A stretch of 64,000 nucleotides of DNA from positions 12,021 to 76,020 of the forward strand of contig JBBTRF010000002.1 of the NCBI GenBank assembly GCA_038065315.1. The letters run 5' to 3'. Positions 1 to 9,695 of the stretch are shown one piece after another. The first letter of the stretch is position 1, and every line of letters begins with the position of its first letter. Origin of the DNA: Patescibacteria group bacterium. GTDB lineage: Bacteria; Patescibacteriota; Minisyncoccia; Phycocordibacterales; JBBTRF01. Both the position numbers and the translations under genes were made by a program. Below the pieces are notes generated by a model that saw only the letters and a list, made by a program, of their open reading frames with translations, made no database searches and was not told where the DNA came from.

Positions 1-43
1 TGAAGTCAGTGACGATTTCGGTGTTCCAGTTGAGGTATGACAT
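1..43 (-). CDS. 5' end of a gene truncated by the window edge (MSYLNWNTEIVTDF...)
   Basis: ATG at 43-41, 5 nt after the EamA stop; frame is open to position 1. Only 14 codons are visible. Confidence 0.5.
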   Translation of the reverse strand, partial: MSYLNWNTEIVTDF

Positions 44-48
44 GGTGA

Positions 49-969
49 TTATTTAAACAATAGATAAATACCAAGAAACATTACAACTGAGGAGAAACTT
101 CTTTGAATAAGGGTCTTTTTGGTAATGTCTTCCTGAATTAACTTGGGGAATACTAATGTGAGAATAATCCCCAGCACCAGAATGATAAAAGGTTGCAACC
201 CGTTTATTAGGGTTACCACAGCAAGAGGGGCACTTAGCGTTGCGAAGCTCATCAATAGTTTTGCACTTAAGTTCAAGAGTTCTCCCAGCACGTTCATGCT
301 AGGCACAATGAGGCGGTTCTTCTTGATCAGAGTAATAAATTCGATTCGATAGGGTTTGTAAAAAATAAGGAGACCTAGTCCAAATATACCTGCTCCCATG
401 TATTCCCAGAAACCGGTTGTCCAAAAGTTACCTTCTAAGGCGATCATTTTGAAGACAAGGTAATTTACGGCCACTCCAAGAGAAGCCAAACACATCAAGG
501 ACAGTGTCCGGATTTTTAGGGAAAAGCCCCTTTTTAGATCTAGTGATATGCCTATGGATCCAGCGATCACAATCAAGCCAGCAATTACTTGCTGAAAACT
601 TAGTTCTTCCTGAAGAAATATGAAGCCCAAAAAGTAGCTGAATACTGGAATTAGCTGATAAAGTGGCACGACTACGCTAGGGTCATCTTTTTGAAGTGCA
701 TATAGATAGGGGATGAAGGATGCTACTAGCATTGCCCCTGCTGTAACGATGATAAGAGCATGGCTGTAGCTAATAGAAAAAATATCTCCATGAATTAAGG
801 CAATTACTGCCGCAACTAGAAATCCAGTCATCCCTGTAAAGACTATGAGTGAACCAGCGCCGGTGATACTTGAAACAAGATAACGATTGATCACTATCTT
901 GTCGATGTAGTTCGCGATTGCCCAAAAGAGTGGTGCGAGAAGTGCGATAAAAACCCAATTCGTGTTCAT
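49..969 (-). CDS. EamA/DMT family transporter
   Basis: 306 aa with about 10 hydrophobic segments and a two-repeat DMT pattern (YALQKDDPSVVVPLYQLIPVF...FLQEELS). More AT-rich than its neighbours. Confidence 0.85.
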   Translation of the reverse strand: MNTNWVFIALLAPLFWAIANYIDKIVINRYLVSSITGAGSLIVFTGMTGFLVAAVIALIHGDIFSISYSHALIIVTAGAMLVASFIPYLYALQKDDPSVVVPLYQLIPVFSYFLGFIFLQEELSFQQVIAGLIVIAGSIGISLDLKRGFSLKIRTLSLMCLASLGVAVNYLVFKMIALEGNFWTTGFWEYMGAGIFGLGLLIFYKPYRIEFITLIKKNRLIVPSMNVLGELLNLSAKLLMSFATLSAPLAVVTLINGLQPFIILVLGIILTLVFPKLIQEDITKKTLIQRSFSSVVMFLGIYLLFK

Positions 970-978
970 ATGTAAAAA

Positions 979-2109
979 TTAATGCATCGCCACCCACACG
1001 CCGATGACGACGAAGATGAGATGGATGATCCAGAAACGCATGATGGTCTTTTCTTCGCTCCACCCCTTCAGCTCGAAGTGGTGATGGATTGGTGCCATCT
1101 TGAAAATGCGTTTGCCAAACAGTGAGCGGACGGCGATCTGAATCAACACTGACAATGCTTCGACATAGAACATGAAGCCGAGCAGGGGCAGGACGATGAT
1201 GAGCTTCAGGACCAGCACGTTTATGGCCAATAGTGCGCCGAGACCGAGCGACCCGACGTCGCCCATTTGGAAACGCGCGGGCTTGATATTGAAATACGTG
1301 TAAGTGATGAGTGCGCCGGTGGTGGTGGCGTTGAGTACGGCCATCGAGCTGAAATCGTTGATCCAACTGAGCAGGGTGAGGGCGCCGAAAGTGGTGATGA
1401 GCATGCCGCCGGCAAGGCCGTCCATGCCGTCGGAGATATTTACCGCATTGGCAGTGAACATCACGGCAAAAATAATGAGCGGGATCAGCCAGAAGCCGAG
1501 ACTCAACGAGCCGTCGAATGGAATATTGATGACGCGCCAATTTTCACCGAGTTTGAAATAGATCCACCAAGCAGCCGCGGCACCGGCGAGGAATTGGAGC
1601 AGGAGTTTCTCGTGTACGTGCACTCCTTTGCCCGGATGGCGCGAAAGCATGGTCGCGGCGCGCTTGAAGATCTCCCAAGGTAGGATGACGATGAGCCAAA
1701 GTCGTACATACCAGAGCTTGTGCACACGAATGAGTGTGAGGGTTTGTGAGAGTTTGCGATTGCGGCGTTCGGTGCCGAAAATGTTGAGGAGATCATCGAT
1801 GCCGCCGAGTGCCGAAGAGAGGAGCATGACGCCGATCGGCATCCAGGTGAAGTGTCGATCCCAATTGAAAGTGAAAGTGATAAGGGCCACTGTTACGATC
1901 ACCAGCAAGCCGCCCATCACCGGCACACCCACTTTGTCGCGGCGAGATTCGAGTGCGAGTGATGGGTCGTATTGGCTTTGGCGGACGATCTTGTATTTAT
2001 ACAAAAAATGCGTGAGGAGCGGCGCCCACAGGAAGGCGAAAATACAGGCGCCGATAGCGAAACCAATCTGGTCCGAGAGACTGTTTTGCGCGATGCTCAG
2101 ATACTCCAT
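979..2109 (-). CDS. mraY: Phospho-N-acetylmuramoyl-pentapeptide transferase with a loop insertion
   Basis: Motifs VPVMGG, GGIDD, NAVNISDGMDGLA, FQMGDVGS, MAPIHHHFE. Start placed at MEYLS, after TGCTATCCT. Confidence 0.88.
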   Translation of the reverse strand: MEYLSIAQNSLSDQIGFAIGACIFAFLWAPLLTHFLYKYKIVRQSQYDPSLALESRRDKVGVPVMGGLLVIVTVALITFTFNWDRHFTWMPIGVMLLSSALGGIDDLLNIFGTERRNRKLSQTLTLIRVHKLWYVRLWLIVILPWEIFKRAATMLSRHPGKGVHVHEKLLLQFLAGAAAAWWIYFKLGENWRVINIPFDGSLSLGFWLIPLIIFAVMFTANAVNISDGMDGLAGGMLITTFGALTLLSWINDFSSMAVLNATTTGALITYTYFNIKPARFQMGDVGSLGLGALLAINVLVLKLIIVLPLLGFMFYVEALSVLIQIAVRSLFGKRIFKMAPIHHHFELKGWSEEKTIMRFWIIHLIFVVIGVWVAMH

Positions 2110-2169
2110 GGATAGGGAAAAGGATAGCACAAAATGGCTATTTTCCAAGGGTTTTTACAGGACGTAGCT

Positions 2170-2937
2170 CTAGAACCAATTCAAGCGCCGAAGCGAGGTG
2201 GTTTCGGCCTTCACGGCGCGACCATGGGTATAGTTTTCTACGCCAGCTTTGCCATGCTCTTCCCAAACCTGGTCGGCGAGCTTAATGAGAGGGTCGGTGA
2301 CAGTGATAGTGCCGGTGCGTACGCCGTGGCCGTACATACCGTCTGATGGCCAAGCAATAGAGTGGGTGTAGGTGAGGGTGGTGTGGGTCGTGGCTTTGTC
2401 GACGTGGGTGATGAGGATAATGTGGTCGAATGAGCGCGCGTCGGAGTTGTGGGTCATGACAATGAAGTCGCCCGCCTCTGCTTCGGCGAGGTCGACCTCG
2501 CGGCTATTGGTAGGCTGGGCAAAAGTGATGGCGCCGGCGTTTTGCGCGGGGCGGAGGCGGGCGACGAGTCGTCGCAAAAACGAACGATGATGAAACGAAA
2601 TGTGCGAATGCATCGCGCCTGCGCCCCGCGCTCGGCTCTCCGCATCGAGGACGTGATATACAAAACCGGAGCAGTCAATACCGAGATGGTGATCGACAAG
2701 GAATTTGGTTTTATCGGTCCATGAAATACTCGCAAGGTTCACTTTTTCTCGAATCGAAAATAGTTCAGCTTCTTCCACGATTTCTTCTGGCAAACCCTTG
2801 CCGGCGAGGGCACGCAGACCGGCGACCAACTTGTGTCGGCGATTGTTGTAGTACGGTGCCGGCACCTCGAGCGAGGGGAGGGAGAGGTACTGTTCGATGG
2901 CAGTACGAGCTGGAACACTCAATGTGTTGGATTGCAT
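2170..2937 (-). CDS. NlpC/P60-like (papain-fold) cysteine hydrolase, no signal peptide
   Basis: LGIDCSGFVYHV followed by DHIILI and YTHS, a Cys-His-His pattern. Confidence 0.65.
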   Translation of the reverse strand: MQSNTLSVPARTAIEQYLSLPSLEVPAPYYNNRRHKLVAGLRALAGKGLPEEIVEEAELFSIREKVNLASISWTDKTKFLVDHHLGIDCSGFVYHVLDAESRARGAGAMHSHISFHHRSFLRRLVARLRPAQNAGAITFAQPTNSREVDLAEAEAGDFIVMTHNSDARSFDHIILITHVDKATTHTTLTYTHSIAWPSDGMYGHGVRTGTITVTDPLIKLADQVWEEHGKAGVENYTHGRAVKAETTSLRRLNWF

Positions 2938-4238
2938 AATGGTGAGTCGATTATACCTTTTTTGCTCTGGATGCGAAGCAGGTCACTATTCGGCTTGGTG
3001 TTGGCGTATTCAAGGACGGTGTAGCCTTCGGCGCGCAACGCTTCGGCTGTTTCGCGCACGAAATTCTGAGAATCCTTCAGTTTGGCGGCGATTGAGGCGG
3101 TGCGACGCTGGATCACTTGGCCGCCATCGCTGATTTTTTGCAGTTGTGCGTTATCGGCAATTTCACCAGTCAATGCCTCGAGGTGCGCTTCGAAGGTGGT
3201 GAGGATGGAGGCGGCAGAAGAGGTAGCGTCGGCGCCAGCGCCGCTTCTGCCACGTGCATCGTTCTGCAACTCTGATTCGAAAGTGGTCGAAGCTGGTTGG
3301 CGGGCGTTGATCTCGATGAGGTAGAAGCGCTGTGTGGATTCTTCGAGAATAGCGTCGATGCCGAAGAGACCTTTCCAGCCTAATGCTGCCAGGCGCGCGC
3401 CGCCGGCGCGCGCCATTTCCTCATACTGCTTGCGGAGCTCCGCCGAAAGTGCCGCCCCCTTTTTCCAGTCATTGCCCACTGTTGAAAAAGGAAGATCGGT
3501 GAACGGTGCGAGGCCGGTGATTTGATAGCTGATATTGCCGACGAGTGTCTTCGGTCGAGAAAAAGCGCCGAACAAACCGAAACCGTTTTTGAACATGCGC
3601 CTAATCGGTACCACGCAGTTGTTGCTCGTATACATTGATCCTTTCACGAATGGACTCATGCGCACCTCGCGCTGAGGGAATTGTCTTTGGATCTCAGCGA
3701 GCTGTTCGACGCTCTGCACCAACACAGTCCCTTCACCTGTATGCGCATGGGCAAATTGCAAGACAAAAGGTACGCCTTCCCATGCGAGCTCCATACAGAT
3801 GGCGAGGCGAGTGCCAGGGACTAGAAAGCGAGCCGCGGCGCCGAGCGAGGCGACCTGGGTTATCTTGTTTTCGAGGTGTTCAGCGAGCGAGGCGGAAGGG
3901 TTCAAAAGTCGCCAGCCTTTTTCGCGCACACAACGCTCGATCCGTGACGTATTTTTGAATACGACGATCGCTGGCTTCTTGCCATGCGCCTTTGCAATAT
4001 TTTTCACAAACGCTGAAGTAGCTGGATGCTCCAAAAGGTCAATTGTGTCGAGTTGCGCGCTACTACCTTTTGTCGCGATGTTCTCACTTCGCACAAGCAA
4101 CACCTGCTCAGGGTACTTTGCTTGTACTGCCTCAGCATACGGACTGACATTGGCGACAATATAATAGCCGGCCGGCAGGGAAGCGAAGCCGGTCGCGCGC
4201 TCGATATCACGGGTGACGTAGAGGGTCGGAGCCTTCAT
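2919..4238 (-). CDS. ATP-grasp domain ligase
   Basis: LENKITQ, HTGEGT loop and the C-terminal ATP-grasp motif GLFGIDAI...FYLIEINAR. Confidence 0.8.
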   Translation of the reverse strand: MKAPTLYVTRDIERATGFASLPAGYYIVANVSPYAEAVQAKYPEQVLLVRSENIATKGSSAQLDTIDLLEHPATSAFVKNIAKAHGKKPAIVVFKNTSRIERCVREKGWRLLNPSASLAEHLENKITQVASLGAAARFLVPGTRLAICMELAWEGVPFVLQFAHAHTGEGTVLVQSVEQLAEIQRQFPQREVRMSPFVKGSMYTSNNCVVPIRRMFKNGFGLFGAFSRPKTLVGNISYQITGLAPFTDLPFSTVGNDWKKGAALSAELRKQYEEMARAGGARLAALGWKGLFGIDAILEESTQRFYLIEINARQPASTTFESELQNDARGRSGAGADATSSAASILTTFEAHLEALTGEIADNAQLQKISDGGQVIQRRTASIAAKLKDSQNFVRETAEALRAEGYTVLEYANTKPNSDLLRIQSKKGIIDSPLCNPTH

Positions 4239-4304
4239 GAAATTTTCAACAGTATAGCATAATACACAGCCTGGACTTGGCAGATTTCGTGATATGATGG
4301 GCGC

Positions 4305-4553
4305 ATGAAATTGAAGATCAGAATCATTTTTTCTTCAGCAGCGCTCACTCTTTTTCTCTTCTCACCGTTTTGCGGCATTCCCACAACCTGGAAATCGAAT
4401 CTCGCACTTTTGCTTTCATTGATTACGCTCCTCGCTACCTACCTTCTCCATCGGCAAATCCTCATCAGCTCTCTGCTTTCGAGGAAAGGAGAGCGGGTAA
4501 CTGAAACATATAGCGAGAATGGCATCCAACACAGTACTCATGTCGGTGCGTGA
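4305..4553 (+). CDS. Small membrane protein (2 TM)
   Basis: 82 aa with two hydrophobic helices; TGaTATGAT lies just upstream (leaderless). Confidence 0.7.
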   Translation: MKLKIRIIFSSAALTLFLFSPFCGIPTTWKSNLALLLSLITLLATYLLHRQILISSLLSRKGERVTETYSENGIQHSTHVGA

Positions 4554-5811
4554 TCGGTGGATCTTGGGCAGCATCATAGCCGCGCTCGTAATGGTTTTTG
4601 TGTTGGCGTTCGTCATTTTGCCAAAGGCTTATCCGGCATACGGGGAAGGGTTTGGTCCGCATCCGTGGGGCATTGGTTTGCCGACAGCGGAAGATTTACT
4701 CGTCCAGTCGCAGCGCGCTCAGGTACTCTCGACGTTTGGCGGAGAAAATGATCCGAATACCAAGGTCAAAGTGACGTATCTCGACACCCCGGAGCCGCTA
4801 AAAGGCATCTACATTACTAGCTGGATCGCGGGGACCAAAACGTTGCGCGACAAAGTGCTCGACCTCATCGACGCCACTGGAGTGAATGCGGTGGTGATCG
4901 ATATCAAAGATGCTACCGGCCACATTGCTTTCCCAGTGAACGATCCGGAGCTCAAGAAAGCAGGATCCGACAGTGCGCGTATTACCGATATCAACCAATT
5001 CATCCATGAATTGCACGAGCGCGATGTGTATGTCATTGGCCGTATCGCCGTATTCCAGGATCCGTTGTTGGCTGAACGATATCCGGCGATCTCTGTGAAG
5101 CGCGCTGACAAATTGTCAGCCTGGAAGGATCACAAGGGGATCGGTTGGGTGGATGCAGGCTCGAAGAAGGCTTGGGACTACACGATTGCTATTGCCAAAG
5201 AATCATATGCTCATGGTTTCGACGAATTAAATTTTGATTACGTTCGATTTCCTTCCGACGGTGACATGAACGATATCTATTTCCCCTATAGTGAAGGGAA
5301 GGTGAAAGCTGACGTGCTTGAGGCGTTTTTCGAGTACCTGCACCGCCGTCTCTCTGGTACCGGCATCGTCACTTCGGCAGACCTCTTCGGTATGACCACT
5401 ACCAACAAAGGTGATCTGAATATCGGGCAGGTATTGAATCGAGCTTTGCCATACTTCGACTACATTATGCCGATGGTATACCCGTCGCACTATCCGGCCG
5501 GTTTTTTGAATCTGAAAAGTCCGGCCGCCGAGCCGTATCAAGTGGTGAAATATTCGATGGAGATGGCGCGGGAGAAAGTTGTAGCCGCTCAGACGTTGGC
5601 GAGCACGACGCCGATGGCGCAGCTCCGTCCGTGGCTCCAAGATTTCGATCTCGGTGCTATGTATACTGCCGAATTGGTGCAGGCACAGATGAAGGCGGTG
5701 TATGATGCCGGACTCACTTCGTGGATTCTCTGGGACCCAAAAGTTCAATACACGAAAGGCGCGCTGCTCGCCGACAAGCTAGCTGTGGACAAGAAAAGGG
5801 CTGGCCATTGA
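4519..5811 (+). CDS. Membrane-anchored putative glycoside hydrolase (DUF4015-like TIM barrel); start may be 4540
   Basis: N-terminal TM; NAVVIDIKD, GRIAVFQD, GFDELNFDYVRFP, PMVYPSHY, RPWLQDF. Confidence 0.8.
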   Translation: MASNTVLMSVRDRWILGSIIAALVMVFVLAFVILPKAYPAYGEGFGPHPWGIGLPTAEDLLVQSQRAQVLSTFGGENDPNTKVKVTYLDTPEPLKGIYITSWIAGTKTLRDKVLDLIDATGVNAVVIDIKDATGHIAFPVNDPELKKAGSDSARITDINQFIHELHERDVYVIGRIAVFQDPLLAERYPAISVKRADKLSAWKDHKGIGWVDAGSKKAWDYTIAIAKESYAHGFDELNFDYVRFPSDGDMNDIYFPYSEGKVKADVLEAFFEYLHRRLSGTGIVTSADLFGMTTTNKGDLNIGQVLNRALPYFDYIMPMVYPSHYPAGFLNLKSPAAEPYQVVKYSMEMAREKVVAAQTLASTTPMAQLRPWLQDFDLGAMYTAELVQAQMKAVYDAGLTSWILWDPKVQYTKGALLADKLAVDKKRAGH

Positions 5812-5837
5812 CAAACAGTCTAGGAGAGGTATAGAAT
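5808..5837 (+). promoter_or_regulatory. Sigma70-type promoter
   Basis: TTGACA-18 nt-TAGAAT. Confidence 0.6.
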
Positions 5838-5934
5838 TGTTATCCAGTGAGCGGATGGGGTTGGAGTTGAGGTGGCCTGGGTGGCTGGTCACTCCTGGCA
5901 TCGCGCTCTAGTAATTGTAGAAACAAGCTCGTTT

Positions 5935-6138
5935 ATGACGAAGGCAACAGCAAAAGCCGGCCCGCAGAGTCCTGTGGGGAAACAGACGCAACCCAAAAAG
6001 CACGGTCTCGCGACCCTCGCGCAAATCCTCGGCAATTTTGCCGCCGATGCCCCGGTGCTCGAACCTGGGTCGCGTCAAGATCCCCGCAGTGTCGCTGGCC
6101 GGCTGTATGCCGGAAACGTCGCCCAGGCAGGTGCCTGA
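5935..6138 (+). CDS. Small hypothetical protein (monocistronic)
   Basis: 67-codon ORF bracketed by a promoter and a terminator. Confidence 0.5.
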   Translation: MTKATAKAGPQSPVGKQTQPKKHGLATLAQILGNFAADAPVLEPGSRQDPRSVAGRLYAGNVAQAGA

Positions 6139-6152
6139 GGTCGAAGTCAACA

Positions 6153-6199
6153 AGCACCGCGTGTCCCCGTTTTGTGGGATGCGTCGGTGCTGTTTTTTT
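6153..6199 (+). terminator. Intrinsic terminator
   Basis: AGCACCG...CGGTGCT stem followed by T7. Confidence 0.7.
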
Positions 6200-6219
6200 G
6201 ATATAATTCCCGTACGTAT

Positions 6220-8190
6220 ATGGATGAGAACAAAGTGACCTACTTTGCTCAGACTGACTCTCGCAACAAGAGGGTGCCTTTTGGTATTAAGCGCAAAGAT
6301 CGCACCCGACACATGTATGTTGTCGGCAAGACAGGTATGGGAAAATCGACGCTCCTCGAAAATATGGCAGTGCAGGATATCCAATCGGGCGAGGGTATCT
6401 GCTTCATCGATCCGCACGGCAAGACGGCCGATCTTCTGCTCGAGTATATTCCGGAATCGCGCAAAAAAGACGTAGTGTATTTTGCGCCGTTCGACCTCGA
6501 ACACCCGATCGCCTTCAATGTGATGGAAGATGTCGGTTTCGACAAGCGTCACTTGGTGTTGTCTGGCCTCATGAGCACCTTCAAGAAGATCTGGGAGGAT
6601 GCGTGGTCTGCGCGTATGGAATATATTTTGGGCAATACCATTTTGGCTTTGCTTGAATATCCGGGAGCGACGTTGCTCGGCGTGAACAGAATGTTTGCCG
6701 ACAAAGAGTATCGTCGTCGCGTGGTGGAAAATGTGAGTGACCCGGCCGTGAAGTCTTTCTGGAACGATGAATTCGCGAAGTACACGGAGAAATTTGCCGC
6801 GGAAGCGACGCCGGCGATCCAAAACAAGATCGGGCAGTTTACTGCCAACCCGCTGATCCGCAATATCATCGGTCAGCCGAACTCTTCTTTTGATCTGCGA
6901 AAGATGATGGATGAAAAGAAAATCTTCATCGTGAACCTATCGAAGGGACGAGTGGGCGAGTCGAATGCAAACCTGCTTGGCAGTATGTTGATCACCAAGA
7001 TCTATTTGGCGGCGATGTCGCGTGCCGACCTCACAGATAGCGATCTCAAAAAACATCCGAATTTCTATCTGTACGTGGATGAATTTCAGTCGTTTGCGAA
7101 CAAATCGTTTGCTGACATTCTTTCCGAGGCGCGAAAGTACAAATTGAACCTCACGATCGCTCACCAGTATATTGAACAGATGGAGGAAGAGGTGCGGGCC
7201 GCAGTGTTCGGCAACGTGGGTACGATGATCACCTTCCGTGTCGGTGCATATGATGCCGATGTGCTTGAAAAGGAATTCGCACCAAAGTTTTTGGCGGAAG
7301 ACCTTGTGAATCTTGGGTACATCCAGATCTACCTGAAATTGATGATCGACGGGATCAGTTCTCAGCCGTTTTCAGCCACCACATTGCCGCCCATCGCTCC
7401 GCCGGCGAAGAATATGAAGCAGGAGGTGATAGAGGCGTCTCGTGTGCTGTTCACTCGCCCGCGCGCCCAGGTGGAGGAGGAGATTAAACAATGGCATCAG
7501 CCGCTCAAGCCTGAGCCAAGGCCGGAGTCGAGACTGGAAGCGCGACCAAGTGAGGCGGTGAAGACGATTCTCACGCCGCGCAGCGAAACACGTACTGAAG
7601 TACGTCCTGAAACAAGACCTGCGTCGGTTCGTGCCGAGGTCCGTTCTGTCCCCGCCCCCGTGTCTGCTCCAGCGCCTGCCCCGGCTTCGGCGCCAGTTGC
7701 ACGAATCGCGCCCGTTGTTTCGACTCCGGTAGCTGTTGTGGCACCAGCCAAGCCGATTGGCTCCGCTACAACAATGGTCATCCCTGCACCGAAACCTGCA
7801 GCGATCCACCATGCCCCAGTGCCTTCGTCACCTTCATCGGCTTTTGCGGGACAGCTTCATCAGTCGCAAGCGAAACCAATCTCTCTGAGTCAACTTAAGT
7901 CAAAGACCACACCCGATTCTCAGACTGGTCCGCTCAAAGAGAACATCTCGGCTTTGCGCCAGGCGCTTGCGTCGGCGATGAAGAAGGATCCGAATGATAT
8001 TTCCAAGGCGGCACCGCGTCCTCTGGCGCCGCCGACTGTGGCCACATCTGTGGTGGCACCATCAGCTGCCCCCGTTCAGGTTGCGAAAAAAGAGCCGGTT
8101 GCTCCAATTGCTCCGAGTCATCGACCCGCACAGACCATACAAGAGATTCCGGAAAATGAACTCAGACGTCTGCTAGAAGTGGAGAAGTAG
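6220..8190 (+). CDS. VirD4/TraD-like coupling-protein ATPase with Pro/Ala-rich tail
   Basis: Walker A GKTGMGKS, IDPHG, LYVDEFQ, LSEARKY, AHQY; low-complexity C-terminal ~220 aa. Confidence 0.85.
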   Translation: MDENKVTYFAQTDSRNKRVPFGIKRKDRTRHMYVVGKTGMGKSTLLENMAVQDIQSGEGICFIDPHGKTADLLLEYIPESRKKDVVYFAPFDLEHPIAFNVMEDVGFDKRHLVLSGLMSTFKKIWEDAWSARMEYILGNTILALLEYPGATLLGVNRMFADKEYRRRVVENVSDPAVKSFWNDEFAKYTEKFAAEATPAIQNKIGQFTANPLIRNIIGQPNSSFDLRKMMDEKKIFIVNLSKGRVGESNANLLGSMLITKIYLAAMSRADLTDSDLKKHPNFYLYVDEFQSFANKSFADILSEARKYKLNLTIAHQYIEQMEEEVRAAVFGNVGTMITFRVGAYDADVLEKEFAPKFLAEDLVNLGYIQIYLKLMIDGISSQPFSATTLPPIAPPAKNMKQEVIEASRVLFTRPRAQVEEEIKQWHQPLKPEPRPESRLEARPSEAVKTILTPRSETRTEVRPETRPASVRAEVRSVPAPVSAPAPAPASAPVARIAPVVSTPVAVVAPAKPIGSATTMVIPAPKPAAIHHAPVPSSPSSAFAGQLHQSQAKPISLSQLKSKTTPDSQTGPLKENISALRQALASAMKKDPNDISKAAPRPLAPPTVATSVVAPSAAPVQVAKKEPVAPIAPSHRPAQTIQEIPENELRRLLEVEK

Positions 8191-8202
8191 AAGAATGTAA
8201 AA

Positions 8203-9681
8203 ATGAATATAAAGATATCGGTTGTTTTGGCACTCATCGTGTCAGCAGTTTTTCCTGTAGTCGCACAAGCAAAAATTGAATTTACCGAAGTGATGTATGA
8301 CCCAGCTGGGACGGATACTGGCAGGGAATGGATCGAGATTCACAATACCGGCAGTGCGCCGGTTGATGTGTCCGCGATGAAATTGTCCGAAGAAGGCGTA
8401 CAACATGTCTTGAAAGCGAGTGCGCTTGGCAGTGTGAGTACAGGTCTGCTCGATGCGGGGCAGTATGGGGTGATTGCGGATGATCCAGCGAAATTTTTGG
8501 TGGATTGGTCAACCTACTCCGGCCCGCTTTTTGACAGCAGTTTTTCGCTCAAAAATACCGGTGAGCCCATTGTGTTGCGCAGCAAGGATTTCGATGAAGA
8601 CAGTCTCGTGTTTGATCCGACAATCGGCGCAGCTGGTGACGGCAATTCGCTGCAGAGACAGATCTCTGCAGAAGGGGTAATGACGTGGGTCGTTGCTGTA
8701 CCGACGCCAGGTGGGGGTCTCAGTGTCGCTGATGTGAGTAGCACAAATGGTACAAGCGGCACAAGCAGCACGACTGATTCTCCACCGCCATCCGCCACTC
8801 CTGCTGCGGAAACCTCGAGTCCCGTTCAAGTATCGGCTGAAATGGCGACGCCTGTCGTCACGAAGAGTATTCCCGTGGAGCCACAAATCTTCTGCAAGAT
8901 CAGCGGAAAAAGCGAGGTGTTTGCTGGTGTCGAGACCGCTTTTTCCGCTCAGGGTCTCGGTTTGAAGAAACAGCCGTTGCAAAATGCTCGATACGTTTGG
9001 AATTTTGGCGATGGACAGACGAAAGAGGGACAGTACGTGTTGCACACGTATACGCAACCGGGGACGTACGATGTGTTTTTGGCTGCTGCGTCGGATGTGT
9101 ACTCCGCGAGTGATCGTTTGAAGGTGACGGTTCGCTCGCCCCAGCTCAGTGTCGCGCATTCGCAGGAGGTGTTGACGATCCTGAATCAAGACACTTCTTC
9201 GATTGATCTGTTTGGCCTGAAGATACACCAGGACGGCAGGAATGATTTCCTGTTTCCGGAGCATTCCACTTTGTCTGGTCGTGCGGAAATGAACATTGAC
9301 ACGAGTTTGTTTTCCATGGCGCATGCGGATGTGTCGCGAGCGAAAGAGCTGCCGATCACGTTGCAATATCTGAACGGTCGGGTGGTGGCGACTTCATCTG
9401 AACGAGAGATTTCGCCGACGGCCTCGGAGACGGTTGCAAAGGTCGTTCCGCCTAAAGAGACAAAAACGGTGACAAAGTCGACAAGGGCGGTGGCAAAGGT
9501 GGTAGCAAAACCGAAGGTGGCAGACAACGCTTCACAGACAATCGACCTCACGGCGAGCAGTAGTGAGGGGCAGATTATCGCGCTCGATACTACTGCGAAG
9601 GAGCGAAGGCTAAATTACTACGGTGCCACTATTGGCGTGCTAATACTGCTCGCTTTTGCCTGGTGGTACCTTTTGCGGTAA
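8203..9681 (+). CDS. Surface protein with lamin-tail and PKD domains and a C-terminal TM
   Basis: Signal peptide; FTEVMYDP...EWIEIHN (LTD); WNFGDG...HTYTQPGTY (PKD). Confidence 0.85.
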   Translation: MNIKISVVLALIVSAVFPVVAQAKIEFTEVMYDPAGTDTGREWIEIHNTGSAPVDVSAMKLSEEGVQHVLKASALGSVSTGLLDAGQYGVIADDPAKFLVDWSTYSGPLFDSSFSLKNTGEPIVLRSKDFDEDSLVFDPTIGAAGDGNSLQRQISAEGVMTWVVAVPTPGGGLSVADVSSTNGTSGTSSTTDSPPPSATPAAETSSPVQVSAEMATPVVTKSIPVEPQIFCKISGKSEVFAGVETAFSAQGLGLKKQPLQNARYVWNFGDGQTKEGQYVLHTYTQPGTYDVFLAAASDVYSASDRLKVTVRSPQLSVAHSQEVLTILNQDTSSIDLFGLKIHQDGRNDFLFPEHSTLSGRAEMNIDTSLFSMAHADVSRAKELPITLQYLNGRVVATSSEREISPTASETVAKVVPPKETKTVTKSTRAVAKVVAKPKVADNASQTIDLTASSSEGQIIALDTTAKERRLNYYGATIGVLILLAFAWWYLLR

Positions 9682-9695
9682 AATGGGCATAATCT

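Noticed and set aside
6220-8190. Conjugative element or ICE
   Set aside because: No relaxase, VirB genes, integrase or att repeats nearby.
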